Assembly (NCBI GenBank): GCA_964635825.1
Contig: CAZWQJ010000001.1
Coordinates: 12,404 to 76,403, forward strand
Direction of reading: 5' to 3'
From: an uncultured Victivallales bacterium
GTDB taxonomy: Bacteria > Verrucomicrobiota > Kiritimatiellia > UBA8416 > JAIOPI01
Length of the DNA stretch: 64,000 nucleotides
Shown here piece by piece: positions 1 to 10,100 of the stretch (positions within the stretch are counted from its first letter, which is position 1; each line of letters begins with the position of its first letter). The notes beneath the pieces are model-generated. The model made no database searches and was not told the DNA's origin. It was given only the letters and a program-made list of their open reading frames with translations. The translations under genes and the position numbers were made by a program.

Positions 1-247
1 CACGATCTCCGGCACCAACAACGCCGTGGTGGTGGGCTTTGAGGCGATCCTGGGCGAGCCGGGTTCGGAGGAGCAGGTGCGGTTCTACACGCTGGAAAGC
101 GCCACGGGATTGGCCCGCGCTGCATGGCAGGGCGTGTCCGGCTACACGAATCTGCAGGGCTTGCAGGGTGACGTGCGTGTCACCAACCCCGCGACCCCGG
201 GGCCGACCTTCTATCGCGGTCACGTGTGGCTCGAACCGGTGCCGTGA
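1..247 (+). CDS. 3' end of a secreted protein gene (partial, continues upstream of the window). It ends with the FYR C-terminal module.
   Basis: Open frame from nt 2 to stop at 245-247. Tail ...VRFYTLESATGLARAAWQGVSGYTNLQGLQGDVRVTNPATPGPTFYRGHVWLEPVP matches the C-terminal module found in four other secreted proteins in this window. It is the only convincing + strand coding segment in the first 20 kb. Confidence 0.5.
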   Translation, partial: TISGTNNAVVVGFEAILGEPGSEEQVRFYTLESATGLARAAWQGVSGYTNLQGLQGDVRVTNPATPGPTFYRGHVWLEPVP

Positions 248-935
248 GCGGGGTTCCTCCGTGGTTTCCACTGATTGCCGGCGTTTTTCGCCGTCCTGTC
301 ACGCGCCGTTCGGGCGGAAGGCGGCAAGGGCAAGGCGGCGACGGAAGGATGGGGTGGCAGGCAAGCGGACGTGGCCCCGCGATCCCCGGAATCCGTTCCG
401 CGAAGGAGCATACGCGAAGGCGTTCGACATCATGGCCATGCATCCCGACGGGCTGACGCGCTGAAAGCTGGTTGAGCTTTTGCCATGGCGACGGGCAAAG
501 ACGTCCGCCTCGCCGCCTTTGACGCCCAGGTGCTGCTGAGCGCCCGAGGGGTCACAGGCGAAGGGTTTTGCACATGCCCCGAATCTGCCACCGCCGGCGG
601 GTCTACGCGCGTGGTTCAAATCCCCGTCAGGTTGGCGTGCTGCTGAAACGCACCAACCATGATTAGCCATGCCCGCAAGTGTTTCCACCTGGATCCGGCT
701 GGGCGCGCCATACAAACCCTTGTCGAATCCCCGCCCAAACCGGCAATCCGTTGTCGCTTTCCGACAAGGCTTTGCGACTTCTCGACAATCCTTTGCACGA
801 ATCGCCGCTTTTCGGGGGCGGACGACTCCGGAAGATAATCCGGGAGATAATGCCGTGCGTTGCGGCGGAAAAAGCCAAGCCGGCGTGTTCCATGCCTTTC
901 GTTCCACAAGGCACCCGCGGACGGCATGGGCGATC

Positions 936-2843
936 TCATCCCTTGACCGCGCCCTCGGTCAACCCGCGGACGAACAGCTTCATGGAGAAGACGAATAGCA
1001 GGATGATCGGGATGCTGGCCATGGCGTAGCCGGCCATCAGCGGGCCCCAGAACTTCAGGTATTCGCCGGCCATCCGCAGTAACTGCACCATCACCGGCAA
1101 CTGGTCCCGGTCGCGCATCACAATCAGCGGCAGCACGAACTCGTTCCAGGAGGCGATGAACTGCATGACCCCGACCGTCCCCAGGATGGGCCCAGAAAGC
1201 GGCAGCACCACGTTGCGCAGTTGCTGCAGGTGGCTGGCACCATCGATCTCCGCCGCCTCGTACAGGTCGCCCGGGATGTCCGCCACGAAGTTGCGCAGCA
1301 CGAAGATCGCGAACACCTGGCCGGAGGCGGCCCCTACCAGGATCAACGCGGCAAGCGTGTTGAGGAGGTTCAGGTCGCGGAGCAGACGGAACAGGGGGAC
1401 CAGATTGGCGATCATCGGCATCATCATGAGGATCAGGATGGCATTCCAGAAGAAGCCCGACAGCGGCATCCGCTGCCGGGCAAAGAAGTAGGCGGCCCCG
1501 AGTGCCAGGCAAAGCGTCAGCACCGTGGCGCAGGTGGAGATGAAGATGCTGTTGGAGACGGTCGGCATGACGAGCCTCCAGGCCGCGGCCCAGTTCTCCG
1601 GGTGCAGCGGCTGTGTCAGAACTGCCGGCGCGGCGTAGAACTGCTTGTTCGTCTTGAAGCTGACAATGAGCATCAGGTAGAGGGGCAGAAAAGCGAACGC
1701 CAGGACCGCCCAGATCGTCAGGTGCTTGTTGAGACGCAGCGCGTATCCGCCGAGGGCCCGCAGGCGCAGGCGGGTCGGGGTTGGCAGAGGCGCGGGAAGC
1801 CATGCCCTGCGCCCGGCGAACCCGCGTGCCGCCGATCCCGCCCGACCGTCGGCAATCGCGGGCGCGCGCCGTGCCCGCCGAAGTCGGGGACGGTTCTCGC
1901 TCATGATCCAGGTGAGCAGCTTCTGCAGGGCGATCACAATGATCGTGAGAATGATGCCGACGGCGCAGGCATAGCCCATTTCCTGTTCAATGAACGCCTT
2001 GCGAATCATGAAGAGCGCGGGCACCGTGACCTTGCCGCCGGGGCCCCCGTTCATGCCGGCGAGAGCGAGGATCATGCCGGCGTCCTTGATGGTGTCGATG
2101 ATGACGAAGACCAGGAGCAGGTAGATCGAGCCCATGATCATGGGCAGTTCGATGCGCGTGAACTTGGTCCACCAGTTGACCCCATCGATATCGGCGGCCT
2201 CGTACACGTCCTTGCCGATGCCCTGGAGTTTGGCCAGATGCGTGAGCACCGCGAACGACCCCACCCAGGGGAAACCCCAGACGATGCAGGCAACGAGGAT
2301 CAGGCGCGGATCGCCCAGCCACGCCGGGGATTGCCCCGGCACGAAGATGCCTCCCCAGCCCAGAATCCGGTCGACGTGGACCAGCACGTCAAAGAGGCCG
2401 GTCGCGTACAGGAACCGGTTCAGGTAGCCGGAGGTGGCCTCGAGAAAGAACGAGCGCCAGATCAGGACCACCACCAACCCCGGAATCACCATGGGCACGA
2501 CAAACAACGTCCGGTAGAGGAACTGCAGGCGCAGGCTGCGACAGCGATGGATGCAGACCGCGACCAGCAGGGCCGGGATCATTTTGACCACGTTCCACCC
2601 GCCGAGGATGAAGGCCACTTTGAACGATGCCCAGAACTCGCTCGAGGTCACGAGCCGCTGGTAATTCTCGAACCCCACGAATTCGGAGACATCGGATCCA
2701 TTCCAGCGGAAGAAGCTGTGGAACACGCCGCTCGCCGCCGGATAGTAGAGGAACAGGGCGATGAGCAGCAGCGACGGCAGCACGAAGAGATAGAGATCCC
2801 AGTGGTGCCGGACCTCGCTCCACTTGATGTCGCGGCCCGCCAT
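936..2843 (-). CDS. Fused carbohydrate ABC transporter permease: a MalF/UgpA-like domain and a MalG/UgpE-like domain in one 635-aa polypeptide, joined by an Arg-rich linker.
   Basis: Two complete 6-TM permease halves, each with an EAA loop: EAADIDGVNWWTKFTRIELPMIMGS and EAAEIDGASHLQQLRNVVLPLSGPIL. A linker RPRLRRARRAPAIADGRAGSAARGFAGRR lies between them. Start ATG at 2843 is 3 nt after the stop of the upstream SBP gene. Confidence 0.85.
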   Translation of the reverse strand: MAGRDIKWSEVRHHWDLYLFVLPSLLLIALFLYYPAASGVFHSFFRWNGSDVSEFVGFENYQRLVTSSEFWASFKVAFILGGWNVVKMIPALLVAVCIHRCRSLRLQFLYRTLFVVPMVIPGLVVVLIWRSFFLEATSGYLNRFLYATGLFDVLVHVDRILGWGGIFVPGQSPAWLGDPRLILVACIVWGFPWVGSFAVLTHLAKLQGIGKDVYEAADIDGVNWWTKFTRIELPMIMGSIYLLLVFVIIDTIKDAGMILALAGMNGGPGGKVTVPALFMIRKAFIEQEMGYACAVGIILTIIVIALQKLLTWIMSENRPRLRRARRAPAIADGRAGSAARGFAGRRAWLPAPLPTPTRLRLRALGGYALRLNKHLTIWAVLAFAFLPLYLMLIVSFKTNKQFYAAPAVLTQPLHPENWAAAWRLVMPTVSNSIFISTCATVLTLCLALGAAYFFARQRMPLSGFFWNAILILMMMPMIANLVPLFRLLRDLNLLNTLAALILVGAASGQVFAIFVLRNFVADIPGDLYEAAEIDGASHLQQLRNVVLPLSGPILGTVGVMQFIASWNEFVLPLIVMRDRDQLPVMVQLLRMAGEYLKFWGPLMAGYAMASIPIILLFVFSMKLFVRGLTEGAVKG

Positions 2844-2845
2844 GG

Positions 2846-4549
2846 CTACGGACGCTCCTTTCGCTGCAACCGCTCGCGGACGCGGGCGATCGCCTCGGGC
2901 CCAAATGCATACGGCTCCACCGCGTTCGTCACCGGGCCCAAATCCAACTGCTGTTGCAGCAACGCCGGGCCGAGATCCCGCGTCAGCAGGCGGCTGGTCG
3001 TCATCTGGCGGTACTTCGCCAGCCGCGACGCCGCGGTTGCCCCCTCGGACGCCAGCGCCCGCGCGCGGAAGCCGGCGAGGAACTGCTCGTCGCGGATCAC
3101 CCCGCGCCGGCGGTTACGCTGCATCTCCTCGTACTCAAACTGGCCGTGCTCCCGGTAGAAGGGCTCGAACTCGGCGGCCATCTGCTCATAGCCGATCTGG
3201 TGCACTTGAAACAGGGACACGAGCTGTTGCCACTTGATGATCGTTTCGCCGCCCAACGTCACCGGCATCGCGGCGTAGGTGCCTTCCAGGCGGGGCTCGA
3301 ACGCCTCCAACAAGGGAGCCAGTGAGGTCCCGCTGATCGTGGGAATCCAGCCGATGATCCGGTTGAACTCCTGGTTGCCCTCGCGGCTGCTGAGAAACTG
3401 CAGGAAGTCGATGGCGACCTCCGGATGCTTGGAGGTGCGCGTGATGGCGAAGGGCAGGCCGGCCATCGGGCGCTCGTACGACGGGCCCTCGATGATCGCC
3501 CCGAAGTCCGGGTCATCGGCCGCGGGCACCGGGAAGTCCATGATCCCCAGTTCGAAGCTGCCCCGCGCCTGTTCCTGCAGGCTTCCGGCATCCCAGGTCC
3601 CCGTCGTGATGAACACCGCGCGCTGCTGAGCGAAGAGGAAGACGGCCTCGTCCCGGCCAAGCCCCGTGAAGCCTGGCTGGCATTGGCGGGTCAACTGTTC
3701 CAGCATGCGGAACTTGGCGGCATAGGGAGGAAAGAGCAGGTCTATGCGATCGGTAGTGAGCCCGGCGTAGAACTCGTCATTGCCCACGGTTCCATCGCGA
3801 TTGAAGTCGAGCCGGCGGACGGCGCCGAAGGTGAGCGGGTCGCACATGAACCAGTCCCACATCCCGATGTGATAGCCGGAGCCCGCGATCGGCGTGTACG
3901 GTTGCCCGCGGGCATCGCACTGCTGCTGGATGGTCTCGCAGGCGCGCAGGAACGCGCGATAGTCGTGCGGCGCCTGGTCCAGGCCGGTCAGCCTCTTCAG
4001 CAGGTCCTTGTTATAGAATATTCGCGTCCCGTACTGCGACAGCGGCACCAGCATGTACTCCTGAAGCTCGTCGATGTAGCTGTTGCGCATGGCGTCCTTG
4101 TACGTCGCCCGCCAGGGCGTGCGCTCCAGGTCCGTCCCCTTGTTGTAGGGATTGGGCTGGTTCACGTAGCTGGTCAACGGCATGAAGTACCGGTTGTGAA
4201 AACCCAGCAGCACGTTGTATGGAACGCCGAGCCCCGCCTCGATGATGTCGGGGGCCGTGCCGCCCATCAGTTGCGTGGTCATCCATTGGCCATAGGTGCT
4301 CTCGGGAATCGCGTCCTGGGTGATGAAGACCTCGGGATGGAGCTCCTGGTAGGCGGCCGCCATCTGGTCGAACGCCTCCCGCACGCCCGCTTCCAGTTGC
4401 CAGTGGCCGATGCGCAGGACCACCTTGGTGCCCTCGGGAACCTGCTGGTGCCGGCGCGTGGCGATGGTCACCGTGGCGCCGGCAAACGTCAGCACCACCA
4501 CCAGTACGGGGAATCGCCGGCGCAGAAGATCCCACAGGCGACGGATCAT
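2846..4549 (-). CDS. Extracellular solute-binding protein of a sugar ABC transporter (family 1 SBP), with an N-terminal membrane anchor.
   Basis: 567 aa. N-terminal hydrophobic segment FPVLVVVLTFAGATVTI. Typical length and composition for a sugar SBP. Directly abuts the TPR gene (stop 4546-4548) and the permease gene. Confidence 0.75.
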   Translation of the reverse strand: MIRRLWDLLRRRFPVLVVVLTFAGATVTIATRRHQQVPEGTKVVLRIGHWQLEAGVREAFDQMAAAYQELHPEVFITQDAIPESTYGQWMTTQLMGGTAPDIIEAGLGVPYNVLLGFHNRYFMPLTSYVNQPNPYNKGTDLERTPWRATYKDAMRNSYIDELQEYMLVPLSQYGTRIFYNKDLLKRLTGLDQAPHDYRAFLRACETIQQQCDARGQPYTPIAGSGYHIGMWDWFMCDPLTFGAVRRLDFNRDGTVGNDEFYAGLTTDRIDLLFPPYAAKFRMLEQLTRQCQPGFTGLGRDEAVFLFAQQRAVFITTGTWDAGSLQEQARGSFELGIMDFPVPAADDPDFGAIIEGPSYERPMAGLPFAITRTSKHPEVAIDFLQFLSSREGNQEFNRIIGWIPTISGTSLAPLLEAFEPRLEGTYAAMPVTLGGETIIKWQQLVSLFQVHQIGYEQMAAEFEPFYREHGQFEYEEMQRNRRRGVIRDEQFLAGFRARALASEGATAASRLAKYRQMTTSRLLTRDLGPALLQQQLDLGPVTNAVEPYAFGPEAIARVRERLQRKERP

Positions 4550-5442
4550 GGCGCCACCGCCTTCCGGCTTCCATCCGCCGGGTGGTCACGGAGCTCGGCT
4601 TCCAGTTCATCCATGCGGCGGAGTTCCTGCCGGGCCAGGAAGACGCGCTGCTCCCGCGGGTACTCCGCAATCAGCTTGCGATAGTACTCGCGCGCCAGCT
4701 CGAAATCCTGAGTCTCGAACTCGGCCACCGTCGCGATGCGCCAGTAGGCCCACGACTCATCCTTCACCGGGTTCAGCGGATCGTCCTCGAGTGTCTTCCA
4801 TGACTGGATGGTGGCGGCCAGAAGCTCATCCCGGCGGCCCAGCACCTTGCAGCAGTGCGCCCGCAGTTCATGCGCCGCGCTGCGCCAGGGGCTCGCAGGA
4901 TGCGCCGCGACAAACCGATCGAGCGCCTCCAGCACCGCGCGCGTCCGCTCCGCATCGGGCTGCCGGAGCTGCGCCGCCTGTTGAAAGAGGAAGGCTTCCT
5001 CCCCGGCGGAATGATGGGGAAACCGGTCGATCACGTCTTGGTAGGCGGCTACCAGCACGTCCAGCGCAGGATACTCCCCGCCGACAGGCAGGGCCTTCAT
5101 CCGTGCGAGCGCCAGCGCGCTCCACGCCGCCAAGTCGCTGGTCGGCGCCTGCGCCATGACCTCCCGGTAGAGCGAAGCGGCCTTCTCCGGATCCTCTCCG
5201 GGACGACGCAGGTTCCATGTCGTGGCCAGTCCGTACCGCGCGGCCAGTTGCGTGGGGCTGGACTCCGGCGCGCATGCCAGCGCGTCCTGGAAACTCCGCA
5301 CGGCCGATTGAAATTCGCCTAGGCGGTACTGGTCCCACCCCGTGGCGATAAGCGCTTCCGGCGCCAGCCGGTCCGCCGGTCCGGCGCAGCCCAGCAGCCC
5401 GCAGCACAGGCTGACGCCCCATGTCCGCGCCAACCGTTTCAT
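4546..5442 (-). CDS. TPR-like lipoprotein.
   Basis: Starts MKRLARTWGVSLCCGLLGCAGP, a lipobox L-L-G-C. Helical repeat-rich sequence. ATG at 5442 overlaps the stop of the upstream beta-helix gene by 4 nt (ATGA). The longer 624-aa ORF 4546..6420 is an artefactual N-terminal extension overlapping the beta-helix gene in another frame. Confidence 0.65.
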   Translation of the reverse strand: MKRLARTWGVSLCCGLLGCAGPADRLAPEALIATGWDQYRLGEFQSAVRSFQDALACAPESSPTQLAARYGLATTWNLRRPGEDPEKAASLYREVMAQAPTSDLAAWSALALARMKALPVGGEYPALDVLVAAYQDVIDRFPHHSAGEEAFLFQQAAQLRQPDAERTRAVLEALDRFVAAHPASPWRSAAHELRAHCCKVLGRRDELLAATIQSWKTLEDDPLNPVKDESWAYWRIATVAEFETQDFELAREYYRKLIAEYPREQRVFLARQELRRMDELEAELRDHPADGSRKAVAP

Positions 5443-7121
5443 GGCGGCGGCTCGCGGGGTGGCCCCGCCTCGTGCGCGCCAATGTCGTAGCCTGCACCCG
5501 TGGGTACCGGCAGGCCGAAGAAGTCGTGATCGCAGCGGGCACGGAGCACGCGCGCGGGATCGAGCCCCGCATCGATGGCGGGCGAGCCAGCCTGCAGGCG
5601 GTAGGCGCCGAGTGACGCCAACCGGTTCGGACGCCCCACCGTCCCGCCGCCGCCCGCCGCGGTCAGGTGCGGGTCCGCCAGCAGGCCCACCGGTTCTCCG
5701 GCCAGCATTTCCTGCCCGGTCGCCTGGCGCCAGGCATCGAGGGAGGAGAAGCCCTCCACGTCCACGGTCCCGCCACTGGCCCAGTACAGATTGCCCTGAA
5801 AGCGCGTGATCCCCGCCGGGGTCTTGTTCCAGCTCCACACGAGGGGGTGGTTGTTCGTCGTCACGATGATGTTGTTGAACACGCGCAAACCGGAGGCGTT
5901 GGGCTCCCATGGGGCAAGGAAGGCCGCCCCCACCGAGGTGTAGACGGTGTTGCCGTACACGCTGGCGTCTCGCAGCCCCACCGGTCCCGCCAACGACGAC
6001 AGCGTGATCGCCGCCATGCGCCGCGGGGATCCGGATGCATCGTTCTCGCTCACGTTGTAGCGCACCACGTTGTTCGACCAGGCCTCCGCACCGCTCTGGT
6101 AGAGCAAGTATCCGGCCCCATGATTGTCGTGGGAGTAACAGTACTGGATGACGGAGTCCGTGACGCCCATGTCGAAATCGAACCCGTCTCCGTCCATCTG
6201 CTGCGCCCGGTTGCGATAGGACTCGCAGTGCTGAATCGTCACCCGCTTCGAATGGTAGGCCCAGATGCCGACCGGCCCCGGATGCGCGGGTCCCTGGCCA
6301 CCGTTGTCGTGCGCCACGCAGTGCTCGATAAGCCCGTCTTCCACTCCGCCAAATACGAAACCGCTGCCGGATGGCTTCTTCATCTCGCTCGGGTCGCCGA
6401 GGTTGTGATGGAACCGACAATGTCGCACCACGAAGTCGCGCATGCCGCCCGCCGCCGGCGCGTAGGTCATCCCGCCCCCGTTCAAATTATGATGGAGATC
6501 GCAACCTTCGATCAGCACGTTACTGAATCCGTCGGACGGTCTTTCCCAACTGACCACCTGCAGTCCCTCGAAGAAGCCGGACACGTCGAGGTTGCGGAAC
6601 ACGAGCCTGGAGAATCGCCCCCCCTGCGCCATCGCATTCACGCCAAACGACTTGGGGTTGTTCATGCTCTGGCCCACCAGAATCAGGTTTTCGATCGTGA
6701 CGTCGCCCGCATTGTAGATCGTGACGCCACTCCTGTTGGCCGGAACCACTAGCTTCGCGCGGTTGACGGGATCGGATGTGATGGTGAGCGGCAGGCCGGC
6801 GGTGCCCCCCTTGCCAGGCTGTATGTCGATCCAATCCTGGAAGATAGCGCCAGCGGCCAGCATGATGACATCCCCCGGCCGCGCGCGGCTCAGGGCTGCC
6901 GCCATGGTTCGGAATGCGGTCGCCGGCGTCCGGCCATCGCCGCGGTCGTCCCCGTCAGGGCGGACGTGCATCGTGGGCGTCGGCGGAAGTTCCGCAGCCG
7001 GCGGGGACGGTTCCGCCGGCACACGAGCGGACACAGGCGCACTCGGTTGACGCTTCGTGCAGGACACGAGCCCCAGTGCGCAGGCCAGCGCTACCATCAT
7101 CACAACGCGCACAGGTGCCAT
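5439..7121 (-). CDS. Right-handed parallel beta-helix repeat lipoprotein (polysaccharide lyase/hydrolase-like).
   Basis: Signal peptide plus lipobox MAPVRVVMMVALACALGLVSC. Beta-helix signature blocks CVAHDNGGQGPAHPGPVGIW, DGDGFDFD and IQYCYSHDNHGAGYLLY are shared with three paralogs at 29325, 31675 and 35445. Confidence 0.8.
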   Translation of the reverse strand: MAPVRVVMMVALACALGLVSCTKRQPSAPVSARVPAEPSPPAAELPPTPTMHVRPDGDDRGDGRTPATAFRTMAAALSRARPGDVIMLAAGAIFQDWIDIQPGKGGTAGLPLTITSDPVNRAKLVVPANRSGVTIYNAGDVTIENLILVGQSMNNPKSFGVNAMAQGGRFSRLVFRNLDVSGFFEGLQVVSWERPSDGFSNVLIEGCDLHHNLNGGGMTYAPAAGGMRDFVVRHCRFHHNLGDPSEMKKPSGSGFVFGGVEDGLIEHCVAHDNGGQGPAHPGPVGIWAYHSKRVTIQHCESYRNRAQQMDGDGFDFDMGVTDSVIQYCYSHDNHGAGYLLYQSGAEAWSNNVVRYNVSENDASGSPRRMAAITLSSLAGPVGLRDASVYGNTVYTSVGAAFLAPWEPNASGLRVFNNIIVTTNNHPLVWSWNKTPAGITRFQGNLYWASGGTVDVEGFSSLDAWRQATGQEMLAGEPVGLLADPHLTAAGGGGTVGRPNRLASLGAYRLQAGSPAIDAGLDPARVLRARCDHDFFGLPVPTGAGYDIGAHEAGPPREPPP

Positions 7122-7142
7122 GGTGAATCCCCGTTGATGGAG

Positions 7143-10100
7143 CTACCGCAGTTCGAGGCGGTAGAAACGCCGCGGCCACAGGACCGCATTGGTATCCGTG
7201 TACAAGTAGGTGCCCTCACCGGGCGGCACCTGTGTCGCCAGCCCGATCCAATTCCAAATACTGAAGCCCAGATTCGTGCACGCGTAGACGTCGCAGACCA
7301 TACCACTGGGCCCCGGCAACGCCATTCCAAACGCACCCCCCGGAGCGGTGGCGGCGGCCGCAATCGCGGGCGCGGCCGGGAGCACGATAATTTGCAGATC
7401 GTCGGCTGGCATGTTCCCATGGCCGTCGTCCACCGTCAGGCGCAGCACGTAGGTCCCCGGCAGGCTGAAGACCACCGTGGAGGCGAGCGCGTTCGAGTTT
7501 CCGAAGGTCACCGCGCCGGCGCCACTGAGCTTGGACCAGGCGCTGACGAGTGCATCGCCGTCTCCGTCGGTCGCGCTTCCCGCCAGGTGCGCCACGTCGG
7601 TGACGATGCGCACCTGGTCGGCGCCCGCGCTGATCACCGGCGCCACGTTGATGGCGGTGTTGGTGGTCAGCGCCAGCCACGCCTGGCCCATGCGCTCCCC
7701 GATGGTACGGATGCCGGCGTCGTCGAAATGCAGCGGCGCGTAGTACTGGTTCGTGATCACGTTCAAGCGCACCCCGGCCACCGCGGGCGCTTTGGTCAGT
7801 GCGTGATTAAGTGTCCGTGCCGTCACCCACTCGTGCGACAGCAGGGGCAGATCGGCCGTGTCGATCGTCCGGACGCGCTGCGGATCGTTTGCCGCCGCCG
7901 CGCCCTGGGCATCGCGCACGAGGCTGATGCCATTGGTGCTCCCCGTGTAGTAGATCCCGTAGTTCGAGTTTGTCCATAGGACCTGGTTGGGGAAGTTGGG
8001 GTAGTCGGCGGGATTCTGCCGGGAATCCGGCGGATTCCCGGGGCTGATCTTGGCGATAACGACCGGCAGGTTCGGAACCCCAAAATCCGCGCGGACGCGC
8101 GCAATCAGGTTTGTCAGGTTGGCGTAGTAGTCCGCGGCTCCCGAGGAGATGGCGTCGGACTCGCCCTGCAACCAGAAGAAGCCTGCGATCTCCGCTCCCG
8201 GCTTCTGCTTCAACGCCTCCGCCACCCATTGCTTCATGCCGTTGTAGCATCCGCTCGGGTTGTCGGGGTTCCAGTCGTCGGCCAGGTCCGTGCCGCCGGG
8301 CGCGTACTTGACGATGTTATAGATGCCGGTCGGGTTCGCCGCATGCACGACGTGTGCAACCATGAACTCCGGTCCGTACTCCTGCACCGGCTCGCCCGAA
8401 CTGAAGGACGTCGCATTCGCCCAGGTTTCGCCCGGATTCAGGCCGATGTACCAGAAGCTGGCGGACTTGTTGAAGTCCACCGGGCCGACACGGGTCCAAC
8501 CCGTGTAGCGCTGGCGCCAGTAGGCATACGGGTGCCAACTGCCGCCCGCGTAGGGCACGCCCCGCAGCGCCGCCCCCGCCTTGGACTGGCCATAGCCGGG
8601 CAGCCAGTGCCCGCCCTCATAGCGCGCGCCGTTGGTGGTCGTGGCTGTCGCCCATGTCAGTTGGTTGTAGCCCGGGAAATTCACGTAGACGTAGAGCCCA
8701 TAAGGATCCGGCGTGCCGCCGGGATCGGGCCCACTCGGGATGTTCCCGTCCGTATCGCTGGCGTTTGAATAGAACCCGTACACGTTGGGGATTTCCGCCT
8801 TCTGCCCCGCCGTCAGGTTGGAGGCCGTGTTCGGCGTGCCGTGGCCCTCCATGTTCGACTGTCCCGCAAAGATCAGGATCTTCTCGCCCGTGAACAACCG
8901 GACCGTGATCGGGACATCGCTTGTGACCACGTGGCCTCCAGGCCCGTCGGTCACCCGCAGCCGCAGCACATAGGTTCCGGTGACATTGGTACTGAAGGCC
9001 ACCCACGGAGTCAGCGCATTCGTGTCCGAGAACAGAGCCATGCCCGGGCCGCTCACCTGCGACCACGACACCGCAATCGGATCGCCGTCCGCATCCGCGG
9101 CGACGCCGGCGAGTTGCGTGACCGTGTCCAGGCCGATCGTCTGGCTGGCGCCGGCGCTAACGACCGGCGGCACGTTGGTGCCATCGCGATAGCCCCACAG
9201 CGAGAAGGCATCGACGCCGGTGTACCCCTGCCCCATCGCGAAGCAGGCGGCGGCCCAGAGCGCCCCGGCGGGTGCATTCGTCGCGAAGGCAAACGCCTGC
9301 CACGACCCGTAGTACTGCGTCACACGCGGGGTCATGACATCCTGCCGGACCAGTGCCCCCGCCCCGTTGTACCAGCGCACCTCCGCCAGCACATTGCTCC
9401 CCGGGTTCGACTCCGCGAAAGAGAACTGGTAACGGCGCCCGGCCACGACGGCGGCCCGTCGCGTCGGCGACGTCTCGAGGCTGGTCGTATTCGTGGGCGA
9501 CGGTTGGCCGGGATCCGGCTGCAACGCCGACGCGAACAGGGCCAGCGGGCCGGCATAGGTGGGAGGGTTTCCGCCGCCCGCGGTGTAGATGCTGTTGGAA
9601 ACCGATGTGTACGTGAAGGTGACATCCCACCCGGCCATGCTCGAGTCGGTCGTGGGGCCGCTGGAGGAATCGAGGTAGGCTCCGGGCGAGGCGTCGAAGC
9701 CTGGGTTCGTCAGCAGCAGGTTGGGTGTGGAGTCGAGCACGGTGATCGCCACGTCGTTGCTGGCGCTGGCGGCCCCGGCCGTTACGCCCAGGCGCAGCAC
9801 ATGCGAACCCGCGGCGCTGAAGGTTGCCGAGGCCGTGGGCGAGTTGCCGGGCACATACGCCACGGCCCCCGGCCCGCTCACCGTGGACCATGCATACGTC
9901 AGCGGGCGGTAGTAGTAGTCGAAGCCTGAACCCGCCAACCGCGCACCATCGCCCCGAAAGACCGTCTGCGCATGGCCGGCGCGGACAACGGGCGCCAGGC
10001 CGCCGCCGGCTCCGCCATTGCTGTTGTCCGCCATCGTAATCGAGAACCCGTCCACCTCCGTGTAACCGCGGGTGAACGTGAAGTACGCGGCGACCGAGTC

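Noticed and set aside
610-645. tRNA-like T-loop string GGTTCAAATCC (cgcgtggttcaaatccccgtcagg), considered as a possible tRNA or tmRNA.
   Set aside because: The putative T-stem has a central mismatch. There is no complementary acceptor 5' strand within 80 nt upstream and no CCA or discriminator context. A 10-mer chance match is plausible in 2x64 kb.
1221-3158. Long + strand ORF (645 aa) and many similar long ORFs on the + strand (e.g. 8841..9929, 18287..21013, 20976..22661, 21970..24207, 39417..41114, 40663..42813, 43162..46122, 56383..58173, 58240..60363).
   Set aside because: All are antisense to strongly supported minus-strand genes. Their translations are Arg/Gly/Pro/His-rich low-complexity sequence, typical of shadow ORFs in ~70% GC DNA. 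None has a recognisable domain or signal.
4546-6420. 624-aa ORF extending the TPR lipoprotein gene upstream.
   Set aside because: The extension overlaps the well-supported beta-helix gene 5439..7121 in another frame and is R/G-rich nonsense. The real start is the lipoprotein Met at 5442.
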